Assembly (NCBI GenBank): GCA_038231435.1
Contig: JBBRLJ010000003.1
Span: forward strand, 64,001 to 128,000
Direction: 5' to 3'
DNA: 64,000 bases
Source: Planctomycetota bacterium
GTDB taxonomy: Bacteria; Planctomycetota; UBA11346
Shown: positions 38,567 through 47,063 of the stretch, in pieces
Layout of the letters: each line of letters begins with the position of its first letter
How positions within the stretch are numbered: position 1 is the first letter of the stretch
Notes under the pieces: model-generated
What the model was told of the DNA's origin: nothing
Database searches by the model: none
What the model saw: only the letters and a program-made list of their open reading frames with translations
Translations under genes and position numbers: made by a program

Positions 38567-39646
38567 GTGATGCGCCATATCCACGCCCTGCCATTCGTCT
38601 TGCCCATGATCCTGTCGATGTCAGCCGCTCTGTCCCTGCTGACCCCCTCGCTGGCCTCGGGTGCCACCATCGGCGAAAGCCGCGAGAGCCGGGCCATCAC
38701 CATCAACTCGCGGGTCTCGAGCAAGCTGATCGCGCTCAACCAGCCCGTGCGCATCGACTTCACGACCATGCCGCGGCAGATCGAGAACATCGACATCGCC
38801 AGCACCGTGGCCAACTCTCTGGCCGTGGGCCTAGGCGCCAACTGGCGGGTACTCGGCAAGCCGGTGGTCAGCGAGCACGACAAGACCAAGACCGTCACCG
38901 TCGCGGTGACGCTGCTGCCGCGCAAGACCGGCAAGATCATGCTGCCGCAGATCCCGATCACCTGGCTGCAGGGTGACCAATACGCCGAGTTCGGCGAGGT
39001 CGAGGTCTCGGAGCGCATCCTGGTCGGCGGCGACACCGCTGACCTGCCCAAGGAATGCAACGGCGTCGCCGGCTTCGCCTGGGGCGCCAAGCTCGCCGAG
39101 CTGAAGACCACCCAGATCGCCGACAACCTCATCGACTATCAGGCCGACAAGGTGGTCGCCCATCCGAAACAGGGGCTCGATCTGGTCTTCCGCGGCGGCG
39201 AGCTGGCCGAGGCGGTCATCGCGGCTCCGGGCATCACCATCGACCAGGCGCGCGAGAGCTTCTTCTCGCGTTGGGGCCTGCCCCAAGTCGAGGATGCGAG
39301 CGGCATCACCTGGGTGCTGGGTTGGACGCGCATCACCGCGTCGAGCGCCGGTGCCGACCAGGGCGTACGCCTGGCGCTCGTCCGCGAGGACATCCAGACC
39401 CGCTTGAACAAGGCGCAGGTGAAGGACAACGTGTTCGACGTGCTCGAGGGTCCGGGCAGTACCGGCACAGCGGCCAAGCCGGCGCCAGCCGCGGTTCCCG
39501 CCGAGAGCGACGAACAGGCGCGCACCCGGCTGCGCAAGGAAGCCGACGAGTTCAAGCGTGGGCACCCGGATGCCGCGCAGGGTGCCACGACCACGCCCGC
39601 TCCCGCGCCGAATGCGCAACCGACCGGCGCGAAGCCTGCTCCGTAA
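38567..39646 (+). CDS. Secreted hypothetical protein with a BatD-like N-terminal Ig fold
   Basis: Signal peptide, LNQPVRIDF...LLPRKTGKIMLPQIPITW, strong GC3 codon bias. Exact start uncertain. Confidence 0.6.
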   Translation: MMRHIHALPFVLPMILSMSAALSLLTPSLASGATIGESRESRAITINSRVSSKLIALNQPVRIDFTTMPRQIENIDIASTVANSLAVGLGANWRVLGKPVVSEHDKTKTVTVAVTLLPRKTGKIMLPQIPITWLQGDQYAEFGEVEVSERILVGGDTADLPKECNGVAGFAWGAKLAELKTTQIADNLIDYQADKVVAHPKQGLDLVFRGGELAEAVIAAPGITIDQARESFFSRWGLPQVEDASGITWVLGWTRITASSAGADQGVRLALVREDIQTRLNKAQVKDNVFDVLEGPGSTGTAAKPAPAAVPAESDEQARTRLRKEADEFKRGHPDAAQGATTTPAPAPNAQPTGAKPAP

Positions 39647-39706
39647 GATCTGGGATCATAGGATCTCGGATACGCCATAGGCGCTCGGGATGCCGTGAGT
39701 CCGGGA

Positions 39707-40510
39707 TCAGGCCGCGCGCGTCAGCCTAGCCAGCAGCGCGCCACGGCGAGCATCGTCTAATACGTACATGCCGGGCTTGCGCGCGCCGAGGAAGTGCAGA
39801 TCGCTGCCGCAGCTGGCGAACAGCCCGCGCGCATCGCACAGCGCCGCGAGCTCAATAGCCAAGGCTGGTGACAGTCCCGGATGAGCGAGCTCGAGCCCGT
39901 CGCAGCCTTCGTCGAGCAAGGGTTCGATGGCCGCGCGCGTCGCGTAGATGCCGGGATGCGCGAGGATGGCGATGCCGCCGGCGGCGCGTATGGCGGCGCA
40001 GGCGGCGGAGACCGGGGGAAACTGCGGCAGCGATGGATCGCGCACGTGCTCGTCGGCGAGGTGCCGGTTGAAAGCGTCCTGGATGGTTTTGGCTCCGCCG
40101 CGTCTCACTAGCGCGCGCGCGAGATGATTGCGGCCCAGCGCATGGGCGCGCCCATCCTCGAGATCGGCGAGGCACAATCCGCGCGCCACGCTCTCTGGTA
40201 GGCGAGCGATCAGCGCGGTCAGGCGCTCGCGCCTGAGCTCGCGGATTCCGGCCAAGAATGCGACCAGCACTTGGTGATCGGGGTCGACACCGAGCCCAAC
40301 CACGTGCACCTCGCGGCCGTCGTGGCTGGCGGTGGCCTCGACTCCGGGGACGAGCCCCGCCTGCCCGCGCAATTCGGCGAACGCATCCATGCTGTCGTGA
40401 TCGGTGACCGCCCACGCATCGAGCCGCGCATGACGCACCGCGGCGAGCAGCTCGGTTGGCTCGAGGGCGCCGTCGCTCAGGCGCGTGTGGAGATGGAAAT
40501 CGACGCGCAC
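39707..40510 (-). CDS. PHP-domain phosphoesterase (TrpH/YciV-like)
   Basis: DFHLHTRLSDG, AVTDHD, PGVE, HVVG, ILAHP, GSDLH. Confidence 0.9.
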   Translation of the reverse strand: MRVDFHLHTRLSDGALEPTELLAAVRHARLDAWAVTDHDSMDAFAELRGQAGLVPGVEATASHDGREVHVVGLGVDPDHQVLVAFLAGIRELRRERLTALIARLPESVARGLCLADLEDGRAHALGRNHLARALVRRGGAKTIQDAFNRHLADEHVRDPSLPQFPPVSAACAAIRAAGGIAILAHPGIYATRAAIEPLLDEGCDGLELAHPGLSPALAIELAALCDARGLFASCGSDLHFLGARKPGMYVLDDARRGALLARLTRAA

Positions 40511-40526
40511 GTGGCCTGCACCTGTC

Positions 40527-41654
40527 TCAGTGGTGCCGGAAGAACCAGATCACACCGGCGATGATGGCGATCAGCAAAACCGCGCCGACCAGCACCAGGT
40601 TGCCGAGCCCGCCCACCCCGCCGACATACCCCGACGAGCCGCCTGCCGACGACTTCTTGCCGCCGCGCGAGCGATTCGGCTCGGCGAGGACCGCCTCGAG
40701 ATCCTTGATCAACGCTCCGGCGCTCTGCGGACGCTTCGCTGCGTCCTTCGACAGCATGCCGTGGATGAGATCGGCAACGCCCACCGGGATGTCGGGCACG
40801 TGGCTCTGCACCGTCGCCGGCTCCTCGCGCAGCACCTTGGTCATCACCTCGGTGCCGTTCTTGCCGTCGAAGGGGATGACGCCGGTGACGGCCTGGTAGA
40901 ACGTCGCACCCAGGGCGTAGATGTCCGAGACGTTGTTCGCATCCTTGGCGTTGCGGATCTGCTCGGGCGGCATGTACGCCGGCGAGCCCATGGCGATGCC
41001 CTGCATGGTCAGGCCTCCGCCCGCCGCATCGTTGTCGACCTGCTTGGCGAGGCCGAGATCGGCGAGCTTGGCGTTCTTCTTGTCGTCGATCAGGATGTTC
41101 GCCGGCTTGATGTCGCGATGGATGATGCCTTCGCCGTGGATGTACTCGAGGGCTTTGGCCACCTGCATGATGTAGGTGACGGCCTCACGCCATTCGAGCT
41201 TGCCGGCTTCCTCGATCACGCCCGCGAAGGTCGTGCCGTCGATGAACTCCATGGTCAGGAAGTGGACGCCGCGGTCCTGTCCGCAGTCGTAGACTCCGAC
41301 CACGTTCGGATGCTTGATCTTCGCGCAGAGGTTGGCCTCGCGCTGGAAGCGGGTGACGATCTCCTTGTCGGCCGCGGCCTTGCTGGAGAGCATCTTGATC
41401 GCGACCTTGCGCCCGACCGACACCTGCTTGGCCTCATAGACCACGCCGAGCGCTCCCGCGCCCAAGCGCTTGATGAGCCTGCACCCTCCGATCTCCTGGT
41501 TGACCAGCTTGTCCTCGGCCGCCGCGGTATTGGCCGCGATGGTCATCTGGCGCTGGCAGTAGGGACACGGCACGGTCCGGCCGACCAACTTGGCGTGGGC
41601 GCGGAACTCATGGTTGCAGAATTTGCAGGTTTGGAGGAAGGCGTCGGTGGTCAC
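40527..41654 (-). CDS. Ser/Thr protein kinase with N-terminal Zn ribbon and C-terminal TM anchor
   Basis: CKFC..CPYC, LGAGALGVVY, HRDIKPANI, DLGLA, GSPAYMPPEQ, terminal hydrophobic helix. Confidence 0.92.
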   Translation of the reverse strand: MTTDAFLQTCKFCNHEFRAHAKLVGRTVPCPYCQRQMTIAANTAAAEDKLVNQEIGGCRLIKRLGAGALGVVYEAKQVSVGRKVAIKMLSSKAAADKEIVTRFQREANLCAKIKHPNVVGVYDCGQDRGVHFLTMEFIDGTTFAGVIEEAGKLEWREAVTYIMQVAKALEYIHGEGIIHRDIKPANILIDDKKNAKLADLGLAKQVDNDAAGGGLTMQGIAMGSPAYMPPEQIRNAKDANNVSDIYALGATFYQAVTGVIPFDGKNGTEVMTKVLREEPATVQSHVPDIPVGVADLIHGMLSKDAAKRPQSAGALIKDLEAVLAEPNRSRGGKKSSAGGSSGYVGGVGGLGNLVLVGAVLLIAIIAGVIWFFRHH

Positions 41655-41784
41655 GATGTATGGTCCTGCATGAGATCAGCGAAGTTCCTGCGAGCCGGCT
41701 TTGCCCATCCGTGGGTTGCGGCCGGTGGGCAAGCCATCATGGGCGCCTTTCCACCGGTTCCAGAAGGGATACCGTGCTGGAACG

Positions 41785-42600
41785 ATGGCAGATGCAGCAG
41801 ATCCGTTCCGCCTGTCCGCGGAGACCCCAGCCGAGGGCCGGCCGCTCGACCAGGCGAGCGCGGTAGCGGCGGCGCTCGGTCATCGCGTCGGTGACGCGCG
41901 CCTGCTGTCGCGTGCCTTCACCCACGCCAGCCGCTGCGGCGCCCAGGCGAGCCTGGCCGAGAAGCTGCGCGACGCCAACGAGCGGCTCGAGTTCCTCGGC
42001 GACGCGGTGCTCGGGGCAGCGATCGCGCAGCTGCTGTTCGAACGCTTTCCCGACGCCGACGAGGGCCAGCTGTCGCGCCTGCGCTCGACCCTCGCGAGCC
42101 GCGCCACGCTCGCGCGCGCGATCGAGGCCATCGGCCTGCTGCCGTACTGCCTGGCCGGCGCGCAGATGGGGCCGCGCCACGATGCCTGGCCGGACTCGGT
42201 GAAGGCCAACCTGATGGAGAGCGTCCTCGCCGCCATCCATCTCGACGGCGGTTGGGACCCGCTGCGCGTCGCGGTGGCGCGCCTGCTCGCACCCTGGATC
42301 GATGATCCGGAAGCCGGACGCCGCGACGCGCGCATGCGCCTCCAGGAATGGAGCCTCGAGCACCACAAGCGCCTGCCCGACTACACCTGCGAGCGCAGCG
42401 GTGGCAGCGATCACCAGCCCGAATTCAGTTCGAGCGTGACCGTCGCGGGCCGTACCGCTGACGGGCGCGGCACGAGCCGCCGCCGCGCCGAGGCCGCGGC
42501 GGCGGAGGCGTTCCTTGCCGACATGCCCGACCATGGCGGCGCTGTTGGCACGGAGGGCACGGAGAACGCTGCCCAGCCCAGGAGCACCGATGCCGATTGA
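41785..42600 (+). CDS. rnc: Ribonuclease III
   Basis: AFTHAS, NERLEFLGDAVL signature, EGQLSRLRS, and dsRBD (LQEW...G.GTSRRRAEAAAA). Confidence 0.93.
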   Translation: MADAADPFRLSAETPAEGRPLDQASAVAAALGHRVGDARLLSRAFTHASRCGAQASLAEKLRDANERLEFLGDAVLGAAIAQLLFERFPDADEGQLSRLRSTLASRATLARAIEAIGLLPYCLAGAQMGPRHDAWPDSVKANLMESVLAAIHLDGGWDPLRVAVARLLAPWIDDPEAGRRDARMRLQEWSLEHHKRLPDYTCERSGGSDHQPEFSSSVTVAGRTADGRGTSRRRAEAAAAEAFLADMPDHGGAVGTEGTENAAQPRSTDAD

Positions 42601-42913
42601 AGGCCTCGCCGATCCGAAGCTGCATCGCCTGTGCGTGCGCTGCCGCAAGTGGTTCAACCCTGACGAGGGCGTGCTCGACTTTCCCTCGGCCACCGGGCCG
42701 ATCGGGTTCATCATGGGCATGTCGGCGCGCGTCGCCGACGACGAATCGAAGATGAAATTCTACTGCCTGGCCTGCCACGCCACGCGCAAGAAGCGGAAAT
42801 CGAGCGCCTTGACCACCATCCTGAGCATCACCGCCGCCGCCGGCGCGATCGGCGGGCTGTGGTACTCCGGCCAGCTCGAGCGCTGGTTCAACGCCTTGAT
42901 GAGCGGCATGTGA
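42590..42913 (+). CDS. Small hypothetical protein with two CxxC motifs and a C-terminal TM helix
   Basis: CVRC and CLAC, a basic patch then a hydrophobic helix; AGGAG RBS; overlaps the end of rnc. Confidence 0.65.
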   Translation: MPIEGLADPKLHRLCVRCRKWFNPDEGVLDFPSATGPIGFIMGMSARVADDESKMKFYCLACHATRKKRKSSALTTILSITAAAGAIGGLWYSGQLERWFNALMSGM

Positions 42914-42968
42914 GCGAATGTCGGTAGGCCTCCGCCGACACGGCTGAGCCCACCTGCCGCCGGCGGCG

Positions 42969-43535
42969 TCAGGCGGCCTTGCCGAGCGCCTCGCTGCGCT
43001 TCATCAGCGCACAGGTCATCCATCCGCCGAGGCCAAGTGGCGCCGCGATGACGGTGGTGAGCACGCCGATGGGCCACGCCAGCGGCAGGATCAGGGCCAC
43101 CAGGCCGACCACCGTCTGCGCCAGGCCGGTGCGATCGGGCAACACCCGCGCGCCGAGAGACCGCGCGCTGGTGGCCAGACCGGTGGCGACCGCGAAGAAG
43201 GCGACCGCCCCCAGCAGTGGGCGTCCTGGCACGATGCCCAGCACGATCAGCGCCCTGAAGCCGACCGCCACCACGGCCAGCACCGCGAAGCCGACCAGGA
43301 AGGATACCACTGGACGCTCGGCGAGGCGCAGGGTGCCGAGGCGTTGACGATCTGGAGCGACCATCGACATGAGCAGCGCGATGCCGGCGAGACTCGCCAG
43401 CACATCCATGTGCAGCGCATGATGCTGCTCGAGCAGCATCATCGCCCGCAAGGCGCGGTGCTGGAGCGTGGGAGCGGGATCGGCGCCGGGCGCGTTTTCC
43501 GCGGCCGCGAAGAAGTCGTCGATGGCATCGCTCAT
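42969..43535 (-). CDS. Hypothetical multi-pass membrane protein
   Basis: GGAGG RBS, ATGA overlap with the upstream gene, and 4-5 hydrophobic segments. Confidence 0.7.
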   Translation of the reverse strand: MSDAIDDFFAAAENAPGADPAPTLQHRALRAMMLLEQHHALHMDVLASLAGIALLMSMVAPDRQRLGTLRLAERPVVSFLVGFAVLAVVAVGFRALIVLGIVPGRPLLGAVAFFAVATGLATSARSLGARVLPDRTGLAQTVVGLVALILPLAWPIGVLTTVIAAPLGLGGWMTCALMKRSEALGKAA

Positions 43536-43858
43536 GGGTTGATCCTCCGGTGATCGTTGATCGTCAATAGCACAACGGCCAGCACCGCCGCCGCACCGCA
43601 CATCTCCACGAGCAGGTCCACAGCAGTACCAGCGTCGACGAGCCGCGACCAGCCGATCGCCGACAGCGGATCGATGGGCACCAGCAGCGACGCGACGGCG
43701 GCGACCCCGGCGGCGAGCCACCACGAGACGCTGGCCGGGATCGGGGACATGGATGCGGGCACGAGCGCCATGACCGCGGCGGTGAACGCCGGATCGGGCG
43801 CGCGCTCGGAATCGCGCGGCGGATGCTCGAGCAGCTGGCGCAAGCGCGGGTCGTTCAT
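43532..43858 (-). CDS. Putative membrane anti-sigma factor
   Basis: APDPAFTAAVMA motif followed by two TM segments; ATGA-coupled directly after the ECF sigma. Confidence 0.65.
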   Translation of the reverse strand: MNDPRLRQLLEHPPRDSERAPDPAFTAAVMALVPASMSPIPASVSWWLAAGVAAVASLLVPIDPLSAIGWSRLVDAGTAVDLLVEMCGAAAVLAVVLLTINDHRRINP

Positions 43859-44493
43859 CGGGGGCGTTCCTGATCGTGGTTCACGTGGCTGGTCACCTGG
43901 CTGGTCACCTGGCTGATAGCCTGACTCGAAGGTGGAGGATCGGCATCGAGGCCGAGCGACTCGGCGAGGACGTTGCGCAGGCGGTGGACGCGCACCTTGA
44001 GCGCGTTCTCGCTGACGCCGAAGTGGTGCGCGAGCTCGGCGAGCGTGCACTCCTGGCGGAAACGCAGCTCGTAGAGCGCGCGCGCATCCGCCGGCAGGGC
44101 CGCGAGTGCGGTTTCCAGGCGACGCTCCAGCTCTCCGGCCGCGTCGGCCTGCGCGTACGCCAACGCCGGATCGCCGGCGCCGCCCGCGCGCTCTGGCAAT
44201 GCGTCGCACGCCGGGCGCTCGCGGCGGCGCGCCGCATGGTTGGCAGCGAGCCGGCTGGCGATCACCAGCAGCCAGCCGCGGAACGGATACGCGGGATCGA
44301 AGCGGGCGAGCGCCTGGTAGGCGCGGACGAAGGTGTCCTGGGCGAGATCCTCGGCATCGTCGCGGCCGACGCAGCGCGCCAAGTGGGCGATGATGCGCCC
44401 CTGGTGCCGATCGACCAGTGCCGCGAACGCCTCGCGATCGCCCGCGAGCACCCTCGCCACGTCGCGCCGGTCCGCGTCGGCGGTGAAGCTCAT
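43855..44493 (-). CDS. ECF sigma-70 factor (RpoE/SigW-like)
   Basis: GDREAFAALVDRHQ, AEDLAQDTFVRAY..LARFD...FRGWL, VSENALKVRVHRLR. Confidence 0.92.
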   Translation of the reverse strand: MSFTADADRRDVARVLAGDREAFAALVDRHQGRIIAHLARCVGRDDAEDLAQDTFVRAYQALARFDPAYPFRGWLLVIASRLAANHAARRRERPACDALPERAGGAGDPALAYAQADAAGELERRLETALAALPADARALYELRFRQECTLAELAHHFGVSENALKVRVHRLRNVLAESLGLDADPPPSSQAISQVTSQVTSHVNHDQERPR

Positions 44494-44527
44494 GCGAACG
44501 CATCCGCGCGTGCTCGCTGCGCATCGC

Positions 44528-45382
44528 TCACTCGGCCCCGCCAACGCGGCCGCCGTCTCCTCGGTCGGTGGCTCGCTGCCCCAGCCGATCCCCGATGCGC
44601 TGGACCATGCGCGCTATCGCCTCGTGGCGCAGATCGGCGGGCACGCTCGCGATCACGTCGAGCCGCGTCCCTGCGCGCGTCAGCGTGGTGGCGCCGAGCA
44701 GCCGCTCGGCATCCATCGCACGCGGCAGCTTGCCCTTGGCACCGACCTCGACCATGTCGCGCATGACACCGAAGCGGCGTTCGAGTTCAACGGCCGCCGC
44801 CGGGTCATGGGCGGTGACGGACACGGCGATGTGTCCGGCGCCGTCGCTGGTGAGATCGCAGGCGCTCATCAGGGCCATGCACTCGGCGCGCGGATGCGCG
44901 CCTGGGACCAGGTGCGCTGAGATCGCGGTAACCGGGGCCGTTGGAAGCGGGTGGATGGAAGCCTGCTCCAGACGATCGCCGCGTCCGATCAACGCCTCGG
45001 TGTCGGAGATCGCGACGAACAACACCAGGGGATGACGCGGCAGGGCGTAGCCGATGCGCCTGTCGGGAAGCGCCGTCCCCGCTCCGCGCAACGCCAGGGC
45101 GCTGGCGATGCGCTGGGCGGGTAGGCCGACCAGACGGACCGTGGGCCCGCCCGCGTCGGGGAGCTCGATCACCACCCGGGTCAGGTCGCGCCGCGGGTCG
45201 AAGCCGAACAGGCTGTCCAGCGCCTTCAGCCGCGCGCTCGCCGCCGCCGGCAGCAGCGCGTCGAGCTGCTGCCGTATCTGCGCGGCCTCGGGCGCTTGGC
45301 GCAGCTTGACCAGGTCGATGTCCACGGAGAGGGCGGCGTGCAGGCTCACGGTGGTGGCCAGGAGCAGGAATGGGCGCAGCAT
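44528..45382 (-). CDS. Secreted hypothetical protein
   Basis: GAGG RBS, signal peptide MLRPFLLLATTVSLHA, and GFDPRRDL motif. Confidence 0.65.
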   Translation of the reverse strand: MLRPFLLLATTVSLHAALSVDIDLVKLRQAPEAAQIRQQLDALLPAAASARLKALDSLFGFDPRRDLTRVVIELPDAGGPTVRLVGLPAQRIASALALRGAGTALPDRRIGYALPRHPLVLFVAISDTEALIGRGDRLEQASIHPLPTAPVTAISAHLVPGAHPRAECMALMSACDLTSDGAGHIAVSVTAHDPAAAVELERRFGVMRDMVEVGAKGKLPRAMDAERLLGATTLTRAGTRLDVIASVPADLRHEAIARMVQRIGDRLGQRATDRGDGGRVGGAE

Positions 45383-45510
45383 GGTGACCTCGGACGTCGT
45401 GGAAGATGGTGTGGTGGGTGTTGCTGAAGAGGGATACCGCCCATGCCGCGCATGGTTACCGGGCCTTTGCCACCAGTGGCCAGCGCGCCGCCGCCGCGTA
45501 CGCTGCGGGC

Positions 45511-45891
45511 ATGCCATCGCCCAGCGACAATCGGCAGTTCATGCGTGTCGCCACCGAGGTCGAAGCCGAGATCCGCGGCGCCGGCGGGACGGTCACCGGC
45601 GCCACCCGCGACCTCAGCCTCAAGGGCCTGTTCATCCATGTAGCCGTGCCGTTTCCCGAGGGTTCCACCTGCCGCATCACCCTGTTCCTCGACGGACGCG
45701 GCGGCGACATCGACATCGAGGCAAACGGCTACGTCGCGCGCTCGCTGATCGACGGCATGGCGATCGAATTCACCGAACTCATCGGCCTCGAGAGCTGGGA
45801 CCACCTGCGCAACCTGGTGCTCTACAACGCCGAGGAGCCGATCCGCGCGCAGGAGCAGTTCGCCGGGCACGTGGGCCTGAAGCGCCGCTGA
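45511..45891 (+). CDS. Stand-alone PilZ domain protein (c-di-GMP binding)
   Basis: RxxxR (RQFMR) and DxSxxG (DLSLKG) motifs, plus GMAIEF. Confidence 0.88.
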   Translation: MPSPSDNRQFMRVATEVEAEIRGAGGTVTGATRDLSLKGLFIHVAVPFPEGSTCRITLFLDGRGGDIDIEANGYVARSLIDGMAIEFTELIGLESWDHLRNLVLYNAEEPIRAQEQFAGHVGLKRR

Positions 45892-45894
45892 TTC

Positions 45895-46330
45895 TCCAGG
45901 GCTCCGCCTCCCAGACCCCCACGCCCTTCGTCATCCCTCTTTCTGGCCGCCGTGCGGCCAGATAGTTTGCGTGATGGGCTGCGCCCATTGTTCACGCAAA
46001 CCGGGACTCGGCGGGCGCTCGCAGCGAGCGCCGTTCGGGCTGGAGAAGCCGCGCCCGTGCGCTTACGGACGGTTGTCGCCCTCAATCCTCGCCGCCCGCA
46101 AGCAGAATGAGCGGGTGATTTGCTGCGCACATGAATCGCAGTTCATGACCTGGGACCATGCAGGACCAAAATACCGCTGAGAAGTTCTTACCATGAAGCG
46201 GCGACAGCCGCCGACCGCCGAGGCCTGGTTTGCGTGAACAATGGCGAAGCCATCACGCAAACGATCTGACCCGAAGGGCCAGATCGAAGGGCGACTAAAG
46301 GTCGCGGGGGGTTTGGGGGGCTCGCCCCCC
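45895..46330. other. Highly structured intergenic element with long imperfect terminal inverted repeats (MITE/REPIN-like element or ncRNA)
   Basis: 45942-46002 is an imperfect inverted repeat of 46227-46285, with nested stems inside; no convincing ORF. Confidence 0.7.
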
Positions 46331-46332
46331 GA

Positions 46333-46938
46333 TTATTTGTACTTGGAGCGATTGATGTCCTTCGCGATCTTCGAGTTGCCTTCCCACACCAGCTTCTGGG
46401 ACTTGATCTCGGTGAGGTTGAGGTCGGTCGAGTAGAACTTCTGCTTCTCATTGCCCGCGGCGTCGTGCTGCACCTCGATCGCGCCCTCGAGCAGGAAGTC
46501 AGCGCCGGTCTCCTGGAAGCTCTCTTTGCGGGTCTCGGCCGAGGCGTTGATGTCCTGGTCCTTGCGCTCCTCGCGGGCCTGGTCCTTCTCGCCGCGCGAG
46601 GCGACGACCTCGACCTTGCCTGTCTTGCGCAGAGCGCGGCGGATGTCGTTGGTGAAGATGTTGGTGGAGATGTCCTCGGTCGAGCGGTTCTTGACGCTGC
46701 CGACCTGGATCACCGGATCGCGGCCGTTCTTCTCACGGAACTTCTCGAGCCACGGGTCGGAGGTCACGTCGGCGATGATGGTCGAGGCCACCTGCTGGCT
46801 GTCGGTGGCGTTCCAGTTGCCTGACAGGTCGCGGACGGCGTTCGGATCGGTGCGGTTGACGGTGGTCTCGCCGCAGCCGGCGACGAGCAGTGCGGAACCG
46901 AGGGCGAGCGAGGCGAGCAGGGTGCGGACGGGCGACAT
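46333..46938 (-). CDS. lpoB: LpoB-like lipoprotein (penicillin-binding protein activator family)
   Basis: Lipobox VAGC, DLSGNWNATDSQ, VKNRSTEDI, GADFLLEG, KLVWEGNSKIAK. GGAG RBS. Confidence 0.8.
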   Translation of the reverse strand: MSPVRTLLASLALGSALLVAGCGETTVNRTDPNAVRDLSGNWNATDSQQVASTIIADVTSDPWLEKFREKNGRDPVIQVGSVKNRSTEDISTNIFTNDIRRALRKTGKVEVVASRGEKDQAREERKDQDINASAETRKESFQETGADFLLEGAIEVQHDAAGNEKQKFYSTDLNLTEIKSQKLVWEGNSKIAKDINRSKYK

Positions 46939-47063
46939 GGAGGCTCCTAGAGGTCGACGTGAGGTTGGCTTTTCGGGGAAGCTTTGGCAGTAAGGTCGGG
47001 TGGGGACGGTCGGTTTCACGAAAGATCGCGGCGATGGGATCACACGGAGCGGCGCGGGCTGGC

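Noticed and set aside
45971..46451. Small ORFs inside the structured element (e.g. a type I toxin)
   Set aside because: No RBS, hydrophobic helix or codon bias supports any of them.
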